From an uncultured Spirochaetota bacterium (GTDB lineage: Bacteria > Spirochaetota > Spirochaetia > SZUA-6 > Fen-1364), in assembly GCA_963820525.1 (NCBI GenBank), contig CAWGAA010000001.1, forward strand, positions 448,001 through 512,000: a DNA stretch of 64,000 nucleotides. Direction: 5' to 3'. The notes beneath the pieces were generated by a model, which saw nothing but the letters and a program-made list of their open reading frames with translations, was not told where the DNA came from and made no database searches. The position numbers and the translations under genes are program-made. Shown here in pieces: positions 19,063 to 30,357 of the stretch (positions are counted from its first letter, which is position 1; each line of letters starts with the position of its first letter).

Positions 19063-19818
19063 ATGAGCAGATATCCTCCCGTTTCGCGGCTGAACGCTCA
19101 ACAACGCGTGGTTGTGGTCAAGGACATCTTCACCACTTCGTACTCGCGCTACGATTTCCTCAATCATCTGCTCAGCCTCCGTCGGGACGTGGGCTGGAGA
19201 CGGTTCACCGTGGAGCGAATGCGGTTTTTCTCCACGCGCCGCCTGCTGGACGTCGCAACCGGCACGGCGGACCTCGCGATAGCGGCCGCTCAGCGCTACC
19301 CCGACGTCGAGGCGACGGGCATCGACTTCGCCGAACCCATGCTCTCCATGGGGCGCAGGAAGCTTCGGCGGCTCGGACTCGACGGGCGGATCAGGCTGGC
19401 TGCAGGCGACGCGCTTTCCCTCGGCTTCCCCGACTCCGCATTCGACGTTTCGGCGATCGCCTTCGGCATGCGCAATATCCCGGACAAGCTGAGTGCCCTG
19501 CGTGAGATGGCGCGGGTCACCGTCGCCGGGGGCCAGGTCATGGTGCTGGAGATGAGCTTCGCCCCGGCCCCGTTTTTCCGCGGGATCTATCGGCTCTACC
19601 TCAACCGAATGCTGCCGCTCATCTCCGCGCCCTTCGCGCCCAACGGCGCCGCCTACTCCTATCTCGCCGATTCGATCATGCACTTCCCTTCACCCGAGGC
19701 CTTCCGCGATCTCATGCGGCAGGCAGGACTGACCGACATTGTGTATCACAGCCTCAGCTTCGGCCTGGCGCACCTGTACATCGGCAGGACGCCGGGGCAT
19801 CTGCCGGGAGGAGCATGA
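19063..19818 (+). CDS. ubiE: UbiE/MenG quinone C-methyltransferase
   Basis: YDFLNHLLSL, LLDVATGTADLA, AFGMRN, AYSYLADSI; extended -10 TGnTATAGT at 19042-19050. Confidence 0.9.
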   Translation: MSRYPPVSRLNAQQRVVVVKDIFTTSYSRYDFLNHLLSLRRDVGWRRFTVERMRFFSTRRLLDVATGTADLAIAAAQRYPDVEATGIDFAEPMLSMGRRKLRRLGLDGRIRLAAGDALSLGFPDSAFDVSAIAFGMRNIPDKLSALREMARVTVAGGQVMVLEMSFAPAPFFRGIYRLYLNRMLPLISAPFAPNGAAYSYLADSIMHFPSPEAFRDLMRQAGLTDIVYHSLSFGLAHLYIGRTPGHLPGGA

Positions 19819-20679
19819 ATGGAGCTCGCCGATATCTTCGCCCCCGTTGCCTCGGACCTGTCCCTCGTGGAGGAGGATCTCAAGAAGATTGCCCGGCTTA
19901 TAGCGACTTCACGGCAGGAGGAGCTGGGCAGCGGGGGGATTCTTTCGAAGATCGTGCAGCATCCATTCACCGTTCCCGGAAAGAGGATCCGTCCCGCCCT
20001 TGTGCTGCTCTGCTCGCGAACGGTCGGCGCCCCCGAGGATCCTCTGGCCGTTATCCGCCTTGCCACGTCGGTGGAGATGCTCCATGCCGCCTCCCTCGTT
20101 CATGACGATGTCATCGACGGCGCCGATACGCGCAGACATCAGGTCAGCCTGAACAAGCTGTTTGGAAACCGCGTCGCCGTCCTGGCGGGCGATATCCTGT
20201 ACACGCACTTCTTCACGCTCGTCACGGGCCTTCCCAATGTCCTTGCGGAGCGCCGCATCGCGATCCTGGACAAGTTCCTGGAGACGACAAAGGCCATGTG
20301 CATGGGAGAGATCCTCGCCCAGGAGGCTGGGGGCCCGGCGCGGAACACCCTCGGTTTCGAAGAGTATGTCGAGATCTCGGCGGACAAGACCGCTTCGCTT
20401 TTCTCGGCGTGCTGCGGGACCGCCGGCATGATTCTTGGAGCCGGGCAGCCCGTGGTCCGCTCACTCGAAGAGTTCGGTCTCTCATTCGGGCTCACCTTCC
20501 AGATGATGGACGACCTTGCGGACGGCGACTCCCGCCTGGATCCCCGCATCGACCTCCGCGCCAAGGCCCGGGAGTATGCCGCAAAGGCTCGAACTGTGAC
20601 CGATGCTCTCCCTTCGAACGCTTACCGTGAAAAATTGCGCGAGCTTGTCGATTTCGTGATTTCACCGGCTATTTGTTGA
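19819..20679 (+). CDS. Polyprenyl diphosphate synthase
   Basis: GKRIRP, FARM HDDVID..RR, KTASLF, second motif FQMMDDLAD. Confidence 0.9.
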   Translation: MELADIFAPVASDLSLVEEDLKKIARLIATSRQEELGSGGILSKIVQHPFTVPGKRIRPALVLLCSRTVGAPEDPLAVIRLATSVEMLHAASLVHDDVIDGADTRRHQVSLNKLFGNRVAVLAGDILYTHFFTLVTGLPNVLAERRIAILDKFLETTKAMCMGEILAQEAGGPARNTLGFEEYVEISADKTASLFSACCGTAGMILGAGQPVVRSLEEFGLSFGLTFQMMDDLADGDSRLDPRIDLRAKAREYAAKARTVTDALPSNAYREKLRELVDFVISPAIC

Positions 20680-20705
20680 CGCCGTTCGTCGGCTGTCAGT
20701 ATACT
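20676..20705 (+). promoter_or_regulatory. Sigma70-type promoter of the nuo operon
   Basis: TTGACG-18 nt-TATACT, 12 nt before the nuoA ATG. Confidence 0.65.
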
Positions 20706-20717
20706 TTCAGCAGAAAA

Positions 20718-21128
20718 ATGAACGAATTGCTCATGCTTGGCGCCTTTCTGTTCGTCGTAGCGGCCCTGGTTTTTTTCCTTCTCGTGGTGACGCATCTGCT
20801 GGGTGAGCGGCATTACGAGAAGAGGACGGGGATTCCCTACGAATCGGGGATCAACCCAACGGGGAGCGCGCGCATCCGCTTTTCAGCCGATTTCTATCTC
20901 ATCGGAGTCTTCTTCGTCATCTTCGACGTCTCTTCAGTGTTCGTCTTCGCCTGGGCCGTTGCCGCTCGCGAGCTGGGGTGGGCCGGCTACGCGGCCATCT
21001 TCCTGTTCATCGTCGAGACGGCGGCCGGGCTCGCGTATCTCTGGCGCATGGGGGCTTTCGATTGGGGAGCCCGCAGGCTGCGGGAGCATCGGGAAAGGCA
21101 TGGGTACGGACGTGGCGCGGTTCGCTAA
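20718..21128 (+). CDS. nuoA: NADH-quinone oxidoreductase subunit A
   Basis: [19 protein letters not shown]...FFVIFD. Confidence 0.93.
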   Translation: MNELLMLGAFLFVVAALVFFLLVVTHLLGERHYEKRTGIPYESGINPTGSARIRFSADFYLIGVFFVIFDVSSVFVFAWAVAARELGWAGYAAIFLFIVETAAGLAYLWRMGAFDWGARRLREHRERHGYGRGAVR

Positions 21129-21705
21129 GGGCCCCTCTCCGGCGGGCGACATCGTGCTCGCCCGGCACAAAAGCCTCCTGGCATGGAGCCGCAAGTACTC
21201 GATGTGGCCCTTCAACTTCGGGCTTTCCTGCTGCTACGTCGAGTTCGCCACCGCCCTCACCAGCAGATTCGATCTTGCCCGCTTCGGCTCCGAGATCCTC
21301 CGCGGCTCTCCGCGCGAGGCCGACCTCATGGTGATCGCCGGAACCGTCTTCATGAAGATGGCGCCCATCATCCGGCAGATGTACCAGCAGATGATGGAGC
21401 CCCGCTGGGTGATATCGATGGGATCCTGCGCCAACTCGGGGGGAATGTACGACATCTACAGCGTGGTGCAGGGCGTCGATTCGTTCCTTCCCGTGGACGT
21501 CTACGTCCAGGGCTGCCCGCCGAGCCCCGATTCGTTCATGCGCGGCCTGGTGCTGCTCCAAGAGGCGGTCGCCACCGAGAAACGGCCCCTCTCGTGGGTT
21601 GTCGGTCCCCAGGGGGTCGTGAAGCTGGAGAAGCCCTCACTGCGGGACATCATGAGGGCGGAGAGACAGAAACAGACGGAGCTTGCCTCGCCCGATGGAA
21701 TCTGA
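21100..21705 (+). CDS. nuoB: NADH-quinone oxidoreductase subunit B
   Basis: [30 protein letters not shown]. Confidence 0.95.
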   Translation: MGTDVARFAKGPSPAGDIVLARHKSLLAWSRKYSMWPFNFGLSCCYVEFATALTSRFDLARFGSEILRGSPREADLMVIAGTVFMKMAPIIRQMYQQMMEPRWVISMGSCANSGGMYDIYSVVQGVDSFLPVDVYVQGCPPSPDSFMRGLVLLQEAVATEKRPLSWVVGPQGVVKLEKPSLRDIMRAERQKQTELASPDGI

Positions 21706-21806
21706 GGGCGGGGCGGGCATAGCGGCGCCTTGCGCGCCCTGTCCATCCATCGGCGTGGAGCGGCGCCGAGGCGGGTGAGCAAAAAGGCCGAGGGGAGAAA
21801 GTTCTG

Positions 21807-23555
21807 ATGGAAGAAGTGCCGGCAGTGATCCGGGAGCTCGTCGAGCGCTTCGGCGCGGACGCCCTGGCTACCCAATCGACGCGGGACGAAATCCCCACCG
21901 TGTGGGTGGACCGGGGAAAATTCCGCGAGGTGCTCGCCTTCCTCAAGGCGGCCCCCGGCGGCTCCTACCCCATGCTCTTCGACCTTACCGCGATTGACGA
22001 GCGCTTCCGCGTTCACCGCGAAGGCCAGCCGCTCTCGGATTTTTCGGTCGTCTACCACCTCCTTTCCTTCGACAGGAACCAGGACATCCGCGTGAAGGTG
22101 GCCCTGCGCGGCGAGCACCCCTCCATAGCCACGATCACGGACCTCTGGGCCAACGCCAACTGGTACGAGCGCGAGGCCTGGGACATGTTCGGCATCCGCT
22201 TCGAAGGCCACCCCAACCTGCGCCGCATCCTGATGCCCCCCTGGTGGGAGGGCCACCCCCTGAGAAAGGAGCATCACGCCAGGGCCACGGAGATGGGTCC
22301 TTTCACAATGACTGAAGAGGACACCGAGCGGATGCTCGCCTCCATGGAGTTCAAGCCGGAGGAGTGGGGAATGAAGCGTGAGGAGGGGGATCAGCAGTTC
22401 CTCTTCGTGAATATCGGCCCCCAGCACCCGGGGACCCATGGGCTCCTGCGCCTCGTGGCGCAGCTCGACGGCGAGGAGATCGTGGACCTGGTCTGCGACA
22501 TCGGGTTCCACCACCGCGGGGCCGAAAAGATGGCCGAGAGGCAATCCTGGCACACCTTCATTCCCTACACGGACAGGATCGACTACACCGGCGGCGTGAT
22601 GAACAACTTCCCCTACGTTCTGGCCGTAGAGAAGCTGGCCGGAATCACGGTCCCGGACCGGGCCCAGGTGATCCGCATCATGATGGCTGAGATTTTTCGC
22701 ATTATCAGCCACCTCGTCTACTACGGCACCTTCAGCCAGGACCTGGGACAGATGTCTCCCATCTTCTACATGTTCAACGACCGGGAGAGAGCCTTCGACA
22801 TCGTGGAGGCCGTGACGGGCGGCCGCATGCACCCGGGCTGGTTCCGCATCGGGGGCGTGGCCCAGGACCTCCCCGTGGGATGGGACGCGATGGTGCGGGA
22901 GTTCGTCGCCTCCATGCATCGCAGATTGAAAGATTACGACGTGGCCGTGATGAAAAACCGCATCTTCAAGATGCGGGCCAAAGGGATCGGCTCGGTATCA
23001 CTGGCGGAAGCAATCGAATGGGGCGCCACGGGCCCCTTCCTCCGGGCCTGCGGACTGGAGTGGGACCTCAGGAAGAAAAGGCCCTACGGCGGCTACGAGC
23101 GATTCCAGTTCGACGTTCCCACGGCCGCGAACGGGGATTCCTACGACAGGCTCGCGATACACGTGGAGGAGATGCGCCAGAGCCTGCGGATCATCGAGCA
23201 GTGCCTCAAGAACATGCCCGCCGGACCGTACAAGGCGGACCGTCCCCTCGCCACCCCGCCCATGAAGGAGCGCACGATGCACGACATCGAGACGCTCATC
23301 GACCACTTTCTGGGGGTGAGCTGGGGGCCGCCGATACCCCCGGGGGAAGCCACTGCGACCATCGAGGCCACGAAGGGCAACAATGCCTACTATCTGGTAA
23401 GCGACGGAAACACGATGTCCTACCGGACGCGGATCCGAACCCCTTCCTTCGCCCACATCCAGATGGTGCCCATGATGAGCCGCGGGCTCACGATCCCGGA
23501 CCTCATCACGATTCTGGGAAGCGTCGACTTCGTGCTTGCAGACCTTGACCGATAG
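21807..23555 (+). CDS. nuoCD: NADH-quinone oxidoreductase subunit C/D (fused)
   Basis: NuoC ERE.WDMFGI.F.GHP.LRRIL fused to Nuo[10 protein letters not shown]...DFVLADLDR. Confidence 0.95.
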   Translation: MEEVPAVIRELVERFGADALATQSTRDEIPTVWVDRGKFREVLAFLKAAPGGSYPMLFDLTAIDERFRVHREGQPLSDFSVVYHLLSFDRNQDIRVKVALRGEHPSIATITDLWANANWYEREAWDMFGIRFEGHPNLRRILMPPWWEGHPLRKEHHARATEMGPFTMTEEDTERMLASMEFKPEEWGMKREEGDQQFLFVNIGPQHPGTHGLLRLVAQLDGEEIVDLVCDIGFHHRGAEKMAERQSWHTFIPYTDRIDYTGGVMNNFPYVLAVEKLAGITVPDRAQVIRIMMAEIFRIISHLVYYGTFSQDLGQMSPIFYMFNDRERAFDIVEAVTGGRMHPGWFRIGGVAQDLPVGWDAMVREFVASMHRRLKDYDVAVMKNRIFKMRAKGIGSVSLAEAIEWGATGPFLRACGLEWDLRKKRPYGGYERFQFDVPTAANGDSYDRLAIHVEEMRQSLRIIEQCLKNMPAGPYKADRPLATPPMKERTMHDIETLIDHFLGVSWGPPIPPGEATATIEATKGNNAYYLVSDGNTMSYRTRIRTPSFAHIQMVPMMSRGLTIPDLITILGSVDFVLADLDR

Positions 23556-23577
23556 AGGAGCGAAACGTGGAGAGCGT

Positions 23578-24072
23578 ATGCTGAGCGACCGGGAGCGGCA
23601 CCTGATAGAAACAGAAGCTCGCTCATTCCCCGACAGGAGGGCCGCCGTCTCCGAGGCCCTCATGATCGTGCAGGAGAGCCGGGGATGGGTTTCTGATGAA
23701 GCAGTGGCGGACGTGGCCCAGGCGCTGGGCATGAGCGCGGATGAAGTGGACGGCGTGGCGACGTTCTTCGAGCTCGTGTTCCGCAGGCCGGTGGGAAAGC
23801 ATGTAATTCTCGCCTGCGACAGCGTGAGCTGCTGGGTGACGGGGTATGAAGGAATCCTCGATCACCTGAAGCGCAGGCTGGGCATCGGGCTGGGGGAAAC
23901 GACGGCGGACGGGCTTTTCACCCTGCTTCCCGCCGGATGCCTGGGTGTCTGCGAACAGGCCCCGGCCATGATGATCGGCGACGAGGTTTTCGGGAACCTG
24001 ACTCCCGGGAAGGTCGATGAGATTCTTTCACAGTTGGGAGGCGGAGGAGATGCCGACACCCCTCACCGCTAA
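23578..24072 (+). CDS. nuoE: NADH-quinone oxidoreductase subunit E
   Basis: CDSVSC and CLGVC 2Fe-2S ligands. Confidence 0.93.
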   Translation: MLSDRERHLIETEARSFPDRRAAVSEALMIVQESRGWVSDEAVADVAQALGMSADEVDGVATFFELVFRRPVGKHVILACDSVSCWVTGYEGILDHLKRRLGIGLGETTADGLFTLLPAGCLGVCEQAPAMMIGDEVFGNLTPGKVDEILSQLGGGGDADTPHR

Positions 24073-25315
24073 CATCCGCCCCGGTCAGGGGCCGGTGGAT
24101 ATCGCCGCCTACGAGGCGGCGGGCGGCTATCAGGGCCTGCGCAAGGCCCTCGCACTTCCCCCGGGGGGGGTTCAGGACTCCGTAAAGAAGTCCGCCCTCC
24201 GCGGCAGGGGTGGCGCCGGATTCCCCACGGGACAGAAGTGGAGCTTCGTTCCCCTGGACGGCGCGGAGCAGCACTACCTCGTGGTGAACGCCGACGAGAA
24301 GGAGCCGGCCACCATGAAGGACCGCATCCTCATGGAAGGAGACCCGCATCAGCTGCTCGAAGGGCTGATCATCGCATCCTACGCGGTCCAGGCTTCAACG
24401 GCCTTCATCTTCCTTCGAAGGGAGTACGCAAGAAGCGCGCAGGCGCTGGAGCGTGCGATCGGCGAAGCTTCCAAGGCCGGCTACCTCGGCACCGGCATCC
24501 TCGGCTCGCCCTTCAACCTGGAAGTCCGCCTCCACAAGAGCGCGGGCCGCTACATGTGCGGGGAGGAGACGGGCCTTCTCAATGCCCTGGAGGGAAGGCG
24601 GGCAAACCCGCGCAACAAGCCCCCGTTCCCCCAGACCTGCGGCCTGTGGGGAAAGCCGACCGTGGTCAATAATGTTGAAACCCTGTGCAACGTCCCGCAC
24701 ATCCTGCGCGAGGGTTGGGAATGGTACAAGAGCTTGAGCGATTCCCCCGACACGGGAACAAAGATCTTCGGGGCGAGCGGCAAGCTGAAGAACCCCGGGC
24801 TGTGGGAGCTTCCCATGGGGGTGACGATCCGGGAAGTGATCTTCCAGCATGCCGGAGGGCTCGCCGACGGCGTTTCGCTCCGCGGCCTTCTGCCCGGCGG
24901 CGGCTCCACGGACTTCCTGACCGCGGATCACCTCGACGTGAAAATGGAATTCGATTCCGTGGTCAAAGCGGGCAGCAGGCTGGGAACCGGCACGATCGTC
25001 GTTCTGGACGATAAGACGTGTCCCGTCTCCATGGTGCTCAGTCTCGAGAAGTTCTTCGCGCGCGAGTCCTGCGGCTGGTGCACTCCCTGCAGGGAGGGGC
25101 TCCCTTGGGTCATGCGGACCCTGGAGGCGCTGGAGCAAGGCCGCGGCGAGATGGAGGACCTCGAGGTGCTGGAAGAGCAGGCTCGGCTTCTGGCTCCCGG
25201 GCGGACCTATTGCGCTTTTGCCCCCGGCGCGGTGGAGCCCCTGGGAAGCGCCCTGAAGCTCTTCCGGGAGGATTTCGAGGCTCACGTGAAGCAGAAAAGG
25301 TGTCCCTGGAGATGA
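24050..25315 (+). CDS. nuoF: NADH-quinone oxidoreductase subunit F
   Basis: GRGGAGFPTG, NADE.EP, YMCGEETGL, ESCGWCTPCREG. Confidence 0.95.
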   Translation: MPTPLTANIRPGQGPVDIAAYEAAGGYQGLRKALALPPGGVQDSVKKSALRGRGGAGFPTGQKWSFVPLDGAEQHYLVVNADEKEPATMKDRILMEGDPHQLLEGLIIASYAVQASTAFIFLRREYARSAQALERAIGEASKAGYLGTGILGSPFNLEVRLHKSAGRYMCGEETGLLNALEGRRANPRNKPPFPQTCGLWGKPTVVNNVETLCNVPHILREGWEWYKSLSDSPDTGTKIFGASGKLKNPGLWELPMGVTIREVIFQHAGGLADGVSLRGLLPGGGSTDFLTADHLDVKMEFDSVVKAGSRLGTGTIVVLDDKTCPVSMVLSLEKFFARESCGWCTPCREGLPWVMRTLEALEQGRGEMEDLEVLEEQARLLAPGRTYCAFAPGAVEPLGSALKLFREDFEAHVKQKRCPWR

Positions 25316-28038
25316 AGATGCTCACCCTGACAATAGACGGAAAGCCCTACTCGGTGGACGCTGAAGGAAAGAACCTGCTCGCGATCTGCCTCTCCCTCGG
25401 CTTCAACCTCCCCTACTTTTGCTGGCACCCCGCCATGCACTCCGTCGGCGCCTGCCGGCAGTGCGCCGTGAAGCTCTTCCGCGACGAGAAGGACACCCAG
25501 GGCCGGATCGTCATGTCCTGCATGACGGCGGCAGTTGATGGGATGCGGATATCGATCGAGGACCCCGAGGCGCGCGAGTTCCGCTCAGGCGTTATCGAGT
25601 GGCTGATGGTGAACCATCCCCATGACTGTCCCATCTGCGACGAGGGCGGTGAATGCCACCTCCAAGACATGACCGTGATGAGCGGGCATGTCTACCGCCG
25701 CTACCGCTTCACCAAGCGGACCCACAAGAACCAGGATCTCGGGCCCTTCCTCAACCATGAGATGAACCGCTGCATCCAGTGCTACCGCTGCGTTCGCTTT
25801 TATCGCGATTACGCGGGGGGCAGGGACTTCGAAGTCCAGGGATGGCACGACAGCGTGTACTTCGGCCGGCACTCCGATGGCACTCTCGAGAACGAGTTCA
25901 GCGGCAACCTGGCCGAGGTCTGCCCGACCGGGGTTTTCACGGATAAGACGCTCAAGAACCACTACAGCCGCAAATGGGACCTCGCCACCGCCCCCTCGGT
26001 CTGCGTTCACTGCGGGGTGGGCTGCAACACGTCCCCCGGGGAACGCTATGGGATGATCCGACGCATCCGGCCCCGCTACAACGGCAAGGTCAACGGGTAT
26101 TTCCTCTGCGACCGCGGCCGCTACGGCTACGAGTTCCTGCACAGCGAGCGGATCATCCGCCGTACGCTTTTGAGAAGGGGCGGAACCCTGATCCCGGTTG
26201 ACCGTGAGCTGGCTTTCAAGGCGGCGCAGGAGGCGCTTTCCGGGACAGCCGCGATCGGGATCGGCTCTCCCCGCGCCTCCCTCGAGACCAACTATGCCCT
26301 GCGGCGGCTCGTCGGGGCTGAGAGCTTTTTCATGGGGGTGCCGGACGGACAGTTGGAGCTCACGCGCCTCATGGCGAGGATCCTTGCCGAAGGGCCGGTT
26401 GCCGGCGCATCGGTCAAAGACGCTGCGGATGCCGATGCCACAGTCGTCCTGGGTGAGGACGTGTGGAACACGGCTCCCATCCTCGCCCTGAACATCCGCC
26501 AGGCTTCCCGCAATGCGCCCATCTCCTCCGCCATGAAGCGCAAGGGCATCCAGCGCTGGGACGACGCGGCCCTGCGGCAGGCCATCCAGAGGGAGAACGG
26601 GCCCCTCTTCATCGCCACCGTGGAGTCGACAGGCCTGGATGTTTCAGCCCAGGCCGTATTCCGCGGCTCCCCGGATGAGATCGCCCGGCTCGGTTTCGCA
26701 ATTGCCCATGAGATCGATTCAGCCGCCCCCGAGGTGCCGGGGCTGACTGTGGAAGCGAAAAGTCTCGCCGGCCGCGCCGCCGCCGCCCTGCTCGCGGCGG
26801 AGCGCCCCGTAGTTGCAAGCGGCTCGAGCCTGGGGAGCGCCGGGATCATCCAGGCCGCGGCGAACATCGCCTGGGCGTTGAAGAAAAAGGGGCGCAGCCC
26901 CGCTTTGAGCTTCTCTTTCCCGGAGGCGAACAGCTTCGGGGCCGCGCTGATGTCGGCGGGTGGAATAGAGAGCGCTGCGAAGGCGCTCCGGGAAAAAAAG
27001 GCCGGCGCGCTTCTCATCGTGGAAACCGACATCGTGCGCCAGGTCGGCTCAAAGGCGGCGCGTGAGCTTTTCAGCGCCGCATCCCACGTCCTTGTCATCG
27101 ACTGCATTTCAAACGGTACGACGGAGGCGGCCGAGATCGTCCTTCCGGCAGCGCCCTTTCCCCAGTCGTCGGGAACCCTGGTGTCGAGCGAGGGCAGGGC
27201 GCAGCGATTCTTCGCCGTGCACCCTTCCGCGGCTCCCGCCCAGGAAAGCTGGCGCTGGCTTGGAGAGCTTTCCGCGGCCGTGGGCAGAAGCCCGCGCGCC
27301 TGGGAAAGCCTCGACGAGCTCATTACGGATATGTGCGCCGAGCTTCCCGCGCTTTCCGGCGCGCGTAAAGCGGCCTCCAGCGCGGCCTTCCGCATCAATG
27401 GGGCACAAGTTCCACGCGATCCCCACCGCGTGAGCGGCCGCACCGCCAAGTACGCGAACATCGACGTGCACGAGCCCAAGCCTCCGGAGGACCGCGATTC
27501 CCCCCTCGCCTATTCCATGGAAGGCTTCATCGAGGCACCGCCTCCCTCCCTGATTCCGAGGTTCTGGGCTCCGGGATGGAACTCGGACCAGGCCATCAAC
27601 AAGTTCCAGATCGAGGCAGGCGGCCCGCTTCGCGGAGGAGACCCGGGGGTGCGTCTGGTTGAACCGCGCGAGGGAGCCGAAGGCAGGTACTTCACCTCCA
27701 TCCCTCACGCCTTCGCGCCCGTGGATGGGCAGATTCTGCTCGTGGCCCACCACCACGTCTTCGGCTCCGAGGAGCTCTCCGCGCTGGCAAGCGCCATCGC
27801 GTCACGCTGTGCCCGGCCGTACCTCGCCATCGGAGAGGCGGATGCGCGGAGGCTTGGGCTGGAAGAAGGCAGGCACGCCAGGCTTATCCTCGGCGGGGAT
27901 TCATACGAGCTTCCCGTGGCCATCCGCGGCCTTCCCTCGGGCGTGGCGGCGCTTCCCGCCGGTGTACCGGGACTCACCGGTATCGGCCTTCCCGCCTGGG
28001 CATCCCTCGAGCCCGCCGGGCAAGGAGGCGCGCGATGA
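25312..28038 (+). CDS. nuoG: NADH-quinone oxidoreductase subunit G (long form)
   Basis: CWHP..GACRQC, HPHDCPICDEGGEC, CIQCYRC, N7-type CVHCGVGC..C. Confidence 0.95.
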   Translation: MKMLTLTIDGKPYSVDAEGKNLLAICLSLGFNLPYFCWHPAMHSVGACRQCAVKLFRDEKDTQGRIVMSCMTAAVDGMRISIEDPEAREFRSGVIEWLMVNHPHDCPICDEGGECHLQDMTVMSGHVYRRYRFTKRTHKNQDLGPFLNHEMNRCIQCYRCVRFYRDYAGGRDFEVQGWHDSVYFGRHSDGTLENEFSGNLAEVCPTGVFTDKTLKNHYSRKWDLATAPSVCVHCGVGCNTSPGERYGMIRRIRPRYNGKVNGYFLCDRGRYGYEFLHSERIIRRTLLRRGGTLIPVDRELAFKAAQEALSGTAAIGIGSPRASLETNYALRRLVGAESFFMGVPDGQLELTRLMARILAEGPVAGASVKDAADADATVVLGEDVWNTAPILALNIRQASRNAPISSAMKRKGIQRWDDAALRQAIQRENGPLFIATVESTGLDVSAQAVFRGSPDEIARLGFAIAHEIDSAAPEVPGLTVEAKSLAGRAAAALLAAERPVVASGSSLGSAGIIQAAANIAWALKKKGRSPALSFSFPEANSFGAALMSAGGIESAAKALREKKAGALLIVETDIVRQVGSKAARELFSAASHVLVIDCISNGTTEAAEIVLPAAPFPQSSGTLVSSEGRAQRFFAVHPSAAPAQESWRWLGELSAAVGRSPRAWESLDELITDMCAELPALSGARKAASSAAFRINGAQVPRDPHRVSGRTAKYANIDVHEPKPPEDRDSPLAYSMEGFIEAPPPSLIPRFWAPGWNSDQAINKFQIEAGGPLRGGDPGVRLVEPREGAEGRYFTSIPHAFAPVDGQILLVAHHHVFGSEELSALASAIASRCARPYLAIGEADARRLGLEEGRHARLILGGDSYELPVAIRGLPSGVAALPAGVPGLTGIGLPAWASLEPAGQGGAR

Positions 28039-28991
28039 GCGTCCTGGTCACTGCCATCTTTCTCATCGGCGGCGTGCTCCTCGGAGTGCTCCTCATCGCG
28101 GCCGGCACGATCTGGGTGGAGCGAAGGGCCCTCGGATTTCTCCAGGAGAGGTACGGACCCAACCGGGCAGGGCCCTTCGGCGCCCTGCAGGTCATCGCCG
28201 ACATGCTGAAGATCTTCACGAAGGAGAACTGGATCGCCCCGTTCTCGGACAAGGCCGTCTTCGTGCTCGCGCCGACCATCATCTTCACCGCCACCCTTGC
28301 CTCCTTCGCCGTCATTCCCTTCGCTCCCGCCATCTTCGTCTCGGACGTGAGCTTCTCCCTCCTGTTCTTCCTTGCCATGTCCTCCTTCGGCGTGTACAGC
28401 GTGGCGCTGGCCGGGTGGTCCTCGAACAGCAAGTATTCTCTCCTGGGCAGCTTCCGTGCCGTCGGGCAGATGGTGAGCTACGAGGTCTTCATGGGCCTCT
28501 CCCTCATGGGGGTCGTGATCCAGGCCGGCTCCTTCAGCCTGCGGGAGATCGTCGAGGCCCAGCGCGGGATGTGGTTCTGCGTGCCCCAGCTCGTCGGGCT
28601 CGTCGTATTCCTCATCGCGGGATTCGCGGAGACCCGCCGCATCCCCTTCGACCTCTCCGAGGCGGAGAATGAGCTGGTTGCCGGCTACCACACCGAGTAC
28701 TCGGGCTTCAAGTTCGCCATGTTCTACGTCGGTGAATACGTGGGCATCACCCTGATCTCCATGATGGTTGTGACGCTTTTTTTCGGCGGCTGGCTGGGAC
28801 CGATCCTCCCGCCCCTGGTCTGGTTCCTGCTGAAGAGTGCCGTCGGGGTGGGGCTCTTCATCCTCGTGCGCGGGTCCCTGCCGCGGCCCCGTTACGATCA
28901 GCTTTTGGCGTTCGGCTGGAAGCTGATGCTTCCCCTCGCCCTCGCGAACCTTCTGGCGACGGGGGCGATCGTGCTGGCCCTGCAAAAGTGA
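28035..28991 (+). CDS. nuoH: NADH-quinone oxidoreductase subunit H
   Basis: ERR..G..Q.RYGPNR, PFDL.EAE.ELVAGYHTEYSG, PRPRYDQL. Confidence 0.95.
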   Translation: MSVLVTAIFLIGGVLLGVLLIAAGTIWVERRALGFLQERYGPNRAGPFGALQVIADMLKIFTKENWIAPFSDKAVFVLAPTIIFTATLASFAVIPFAPAIFVSDVSFSLLFFLAMSSFGVYSVALAGWSSNSKYSLLGSFRAVGQMVSYEVFMGLSLMGVVIQAGSFSLREIVEAQRGMWFCVPQLVGLVVFLIAGFAETRRIPFDLSEAENELVAGYHTEYSGFKFAMFYVGEYVGITLISMMVVTLFFGGWLGPILPPLVWFLLKSAVGVGLFILVRGSLPRPRYDQLLAFGWKLMLPLALANLLATGAIVLALQK

Positions 28992-29006
28992 GGAGGTGAG
29001 CTCGAT

Positions 29007-29522
29007 ATGTGGAGCATCCTGAGGTCGATGTGGATCGTGTTCAAGCACCTCTTTTCCCCCAAAGTCACGGTCCGGTACCCCGACGAGAAGCGGCGGCTTC
29101 CCGCCCGCTGGAGGGGCCGCATCATTCTTTCCCGCGACCCTGACGGAGAGGAGCGCTGCGTGGCCTGCTACCTCTGCGCGGTGGCCTGCCCGCCCTCCTG
29201 CATCTCGCTTCAGGCCACGAGCGACGAGCACGGACGGCGCTATCCCGAGTTCTTCCGCATCAACTTCTCCCGGTGCATCTTCTGCGGATACTGCGAGGAG
29301 GCGTGCCCCACCTACGCCATCCAGCTGACGCCGGACTACGAGATGGGCGAATACCATCGCAAGAACCTCGTCTACGAGAAGGAGGACCTCTTGATATCGG
29401 GTCCCGGCAAATACCCGGGGTACAATTTCTACCGTGTCGCCGGCCTCGCCATCAAGGGCAAGGACAAGGGCCAGGCCGAGAACGAGCGCCCCCCCGTGGA
29501 CGTGAAAGAGCTCCTGCCATGA
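29007..29522 (+). CDS. nuoI: NADH-quinone oxidoreductase subunit I
   Basis: Two CxxCxxCxxxCP ferredoxin motifs. Confidence 0.95.
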   Translation: MWSILRSMWIVFKHLFSPKVTVRYPDEKRRLPARWRGRIILSRDPDGEERCVACYLCAVACPPSCISLQATSDEHGRRYPEFFRINFSRCIFCGYCEEACPTYAIQLTPDYEMGEYHRKNLVYEKEDLLISGPGKYPGYNFYRVAGLAIKGKDKGQAENERPPVDVKELLP

Positions 29523-30040
29523 ACGCCCTGTACGCCGTGGCCGCCGCAGTCGCGATCGTCTCCACCATCCTCGTCATCACGCGAAAGAACGCGGTGCATG
29601 CCCTGCTCTATCTCATCGTTTCCCTTTTCGCCGTGGCGGTGATCTTCCTCCTGCTCGGCGCGCCCTTCGTGGCGGCCCTCGAGGTCATCGTCTATGCCGG
29701 GGCCATCATGGTCCTCTTCATCTTCGCCGTCATGCTGATCGGCGCGGAAAGCGCGGTGGTGCGCCCCCTGGCCTGGCTCGGGCCCGCCTTTCTCGGCGCC
29801 GTGATCTTCGCGGAGATCCTCTACATCCTGACGTCGGGCGGCAGGGTGAGCGCGCCGCCGCCCATGCAGTCCATGCCCGTGGACCCCAAGCAGGTGGGAA
29901 GAGCGCTCATCGGGCCGTATGTCCTGGGGATCGAGGTGGCGGCGTTCCTTCTCCTGGCCGGCCTCATCGGGGCGTACCACCTCGGCCGCAGGCGTGTGGA
30001 GCGTTCGGCGGCGGAGCGGGAAGCACGGGGGAGCACCTGA
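29519..30040 (+). CDS. nuoJ: NADH-quinone oxidoreductase subunit J
   Basis: [22 protein letters not shown]. Confidence 0.93.
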   Translation: MNALYAVAAAVAIVSTILVITRKNAVHALLYLIVSLFAVAVIFLLLGAPFVAALEVIVYAGAIMVLFIFAVMLIGAESAVVRPLAWLGPAFLGAVIFAEILYILTSGGRVSAPPPMQSMPVDPKQVGRALIGPYVLGIEVAAFLLLAGLIGAYHLGRRRVERSAAEREARGST

Positions 30041-30357
30041 TGGCGACTTTTCCCTTCGAGTACGGTCTTGCCCTGGCCGGCATCCTCTTCGTTCTGGGGT
30101 TGATCGGCGTGCTTGCACGAAGGAACCTGATCTTCATTCTCCTTGGCGTGGAGATCATGTTCAACGCGGCGGGGCTCGCCTTCATCGTGGCGGGCGCGCG
30201 CTGGGCCCAGCCCGACGGGCAGGTGATGTTCATTTTCCTCCTTGCCGTCGCGGCGGCGGAGGTGGCCGTGGGGCTCGCCTTGATCCTGCTCCTCTTCCAT
30301 CGAAAGAAGACATTGGACGCGGACCAGATGGGGTCCGCGGGGAGGATGAAAGCGTGA
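30040..30357 (+). CDS. nuoK: NADH-quinone oxidoreductase subunit K
   Basis: RRNLI....[16 protein letters not shown]. Confidence 0.93.
   Translation: MATFPFEYGLALAGILFVLGLIGVLARRNLIFILLGVEIMFNAAGLAFIVAGARWAQPDGQVMFIFLLAVAAAEVAVGLALILLLFHRKKTLDADQMGSAGRMKA

Noticed and set aside
21706..21806. 100-bp gap between nuoB and nuoCD as a possible RNA element
   Set aside because: GC-rich with no convincing long stem or terminator; ends in an ordinary RBS.
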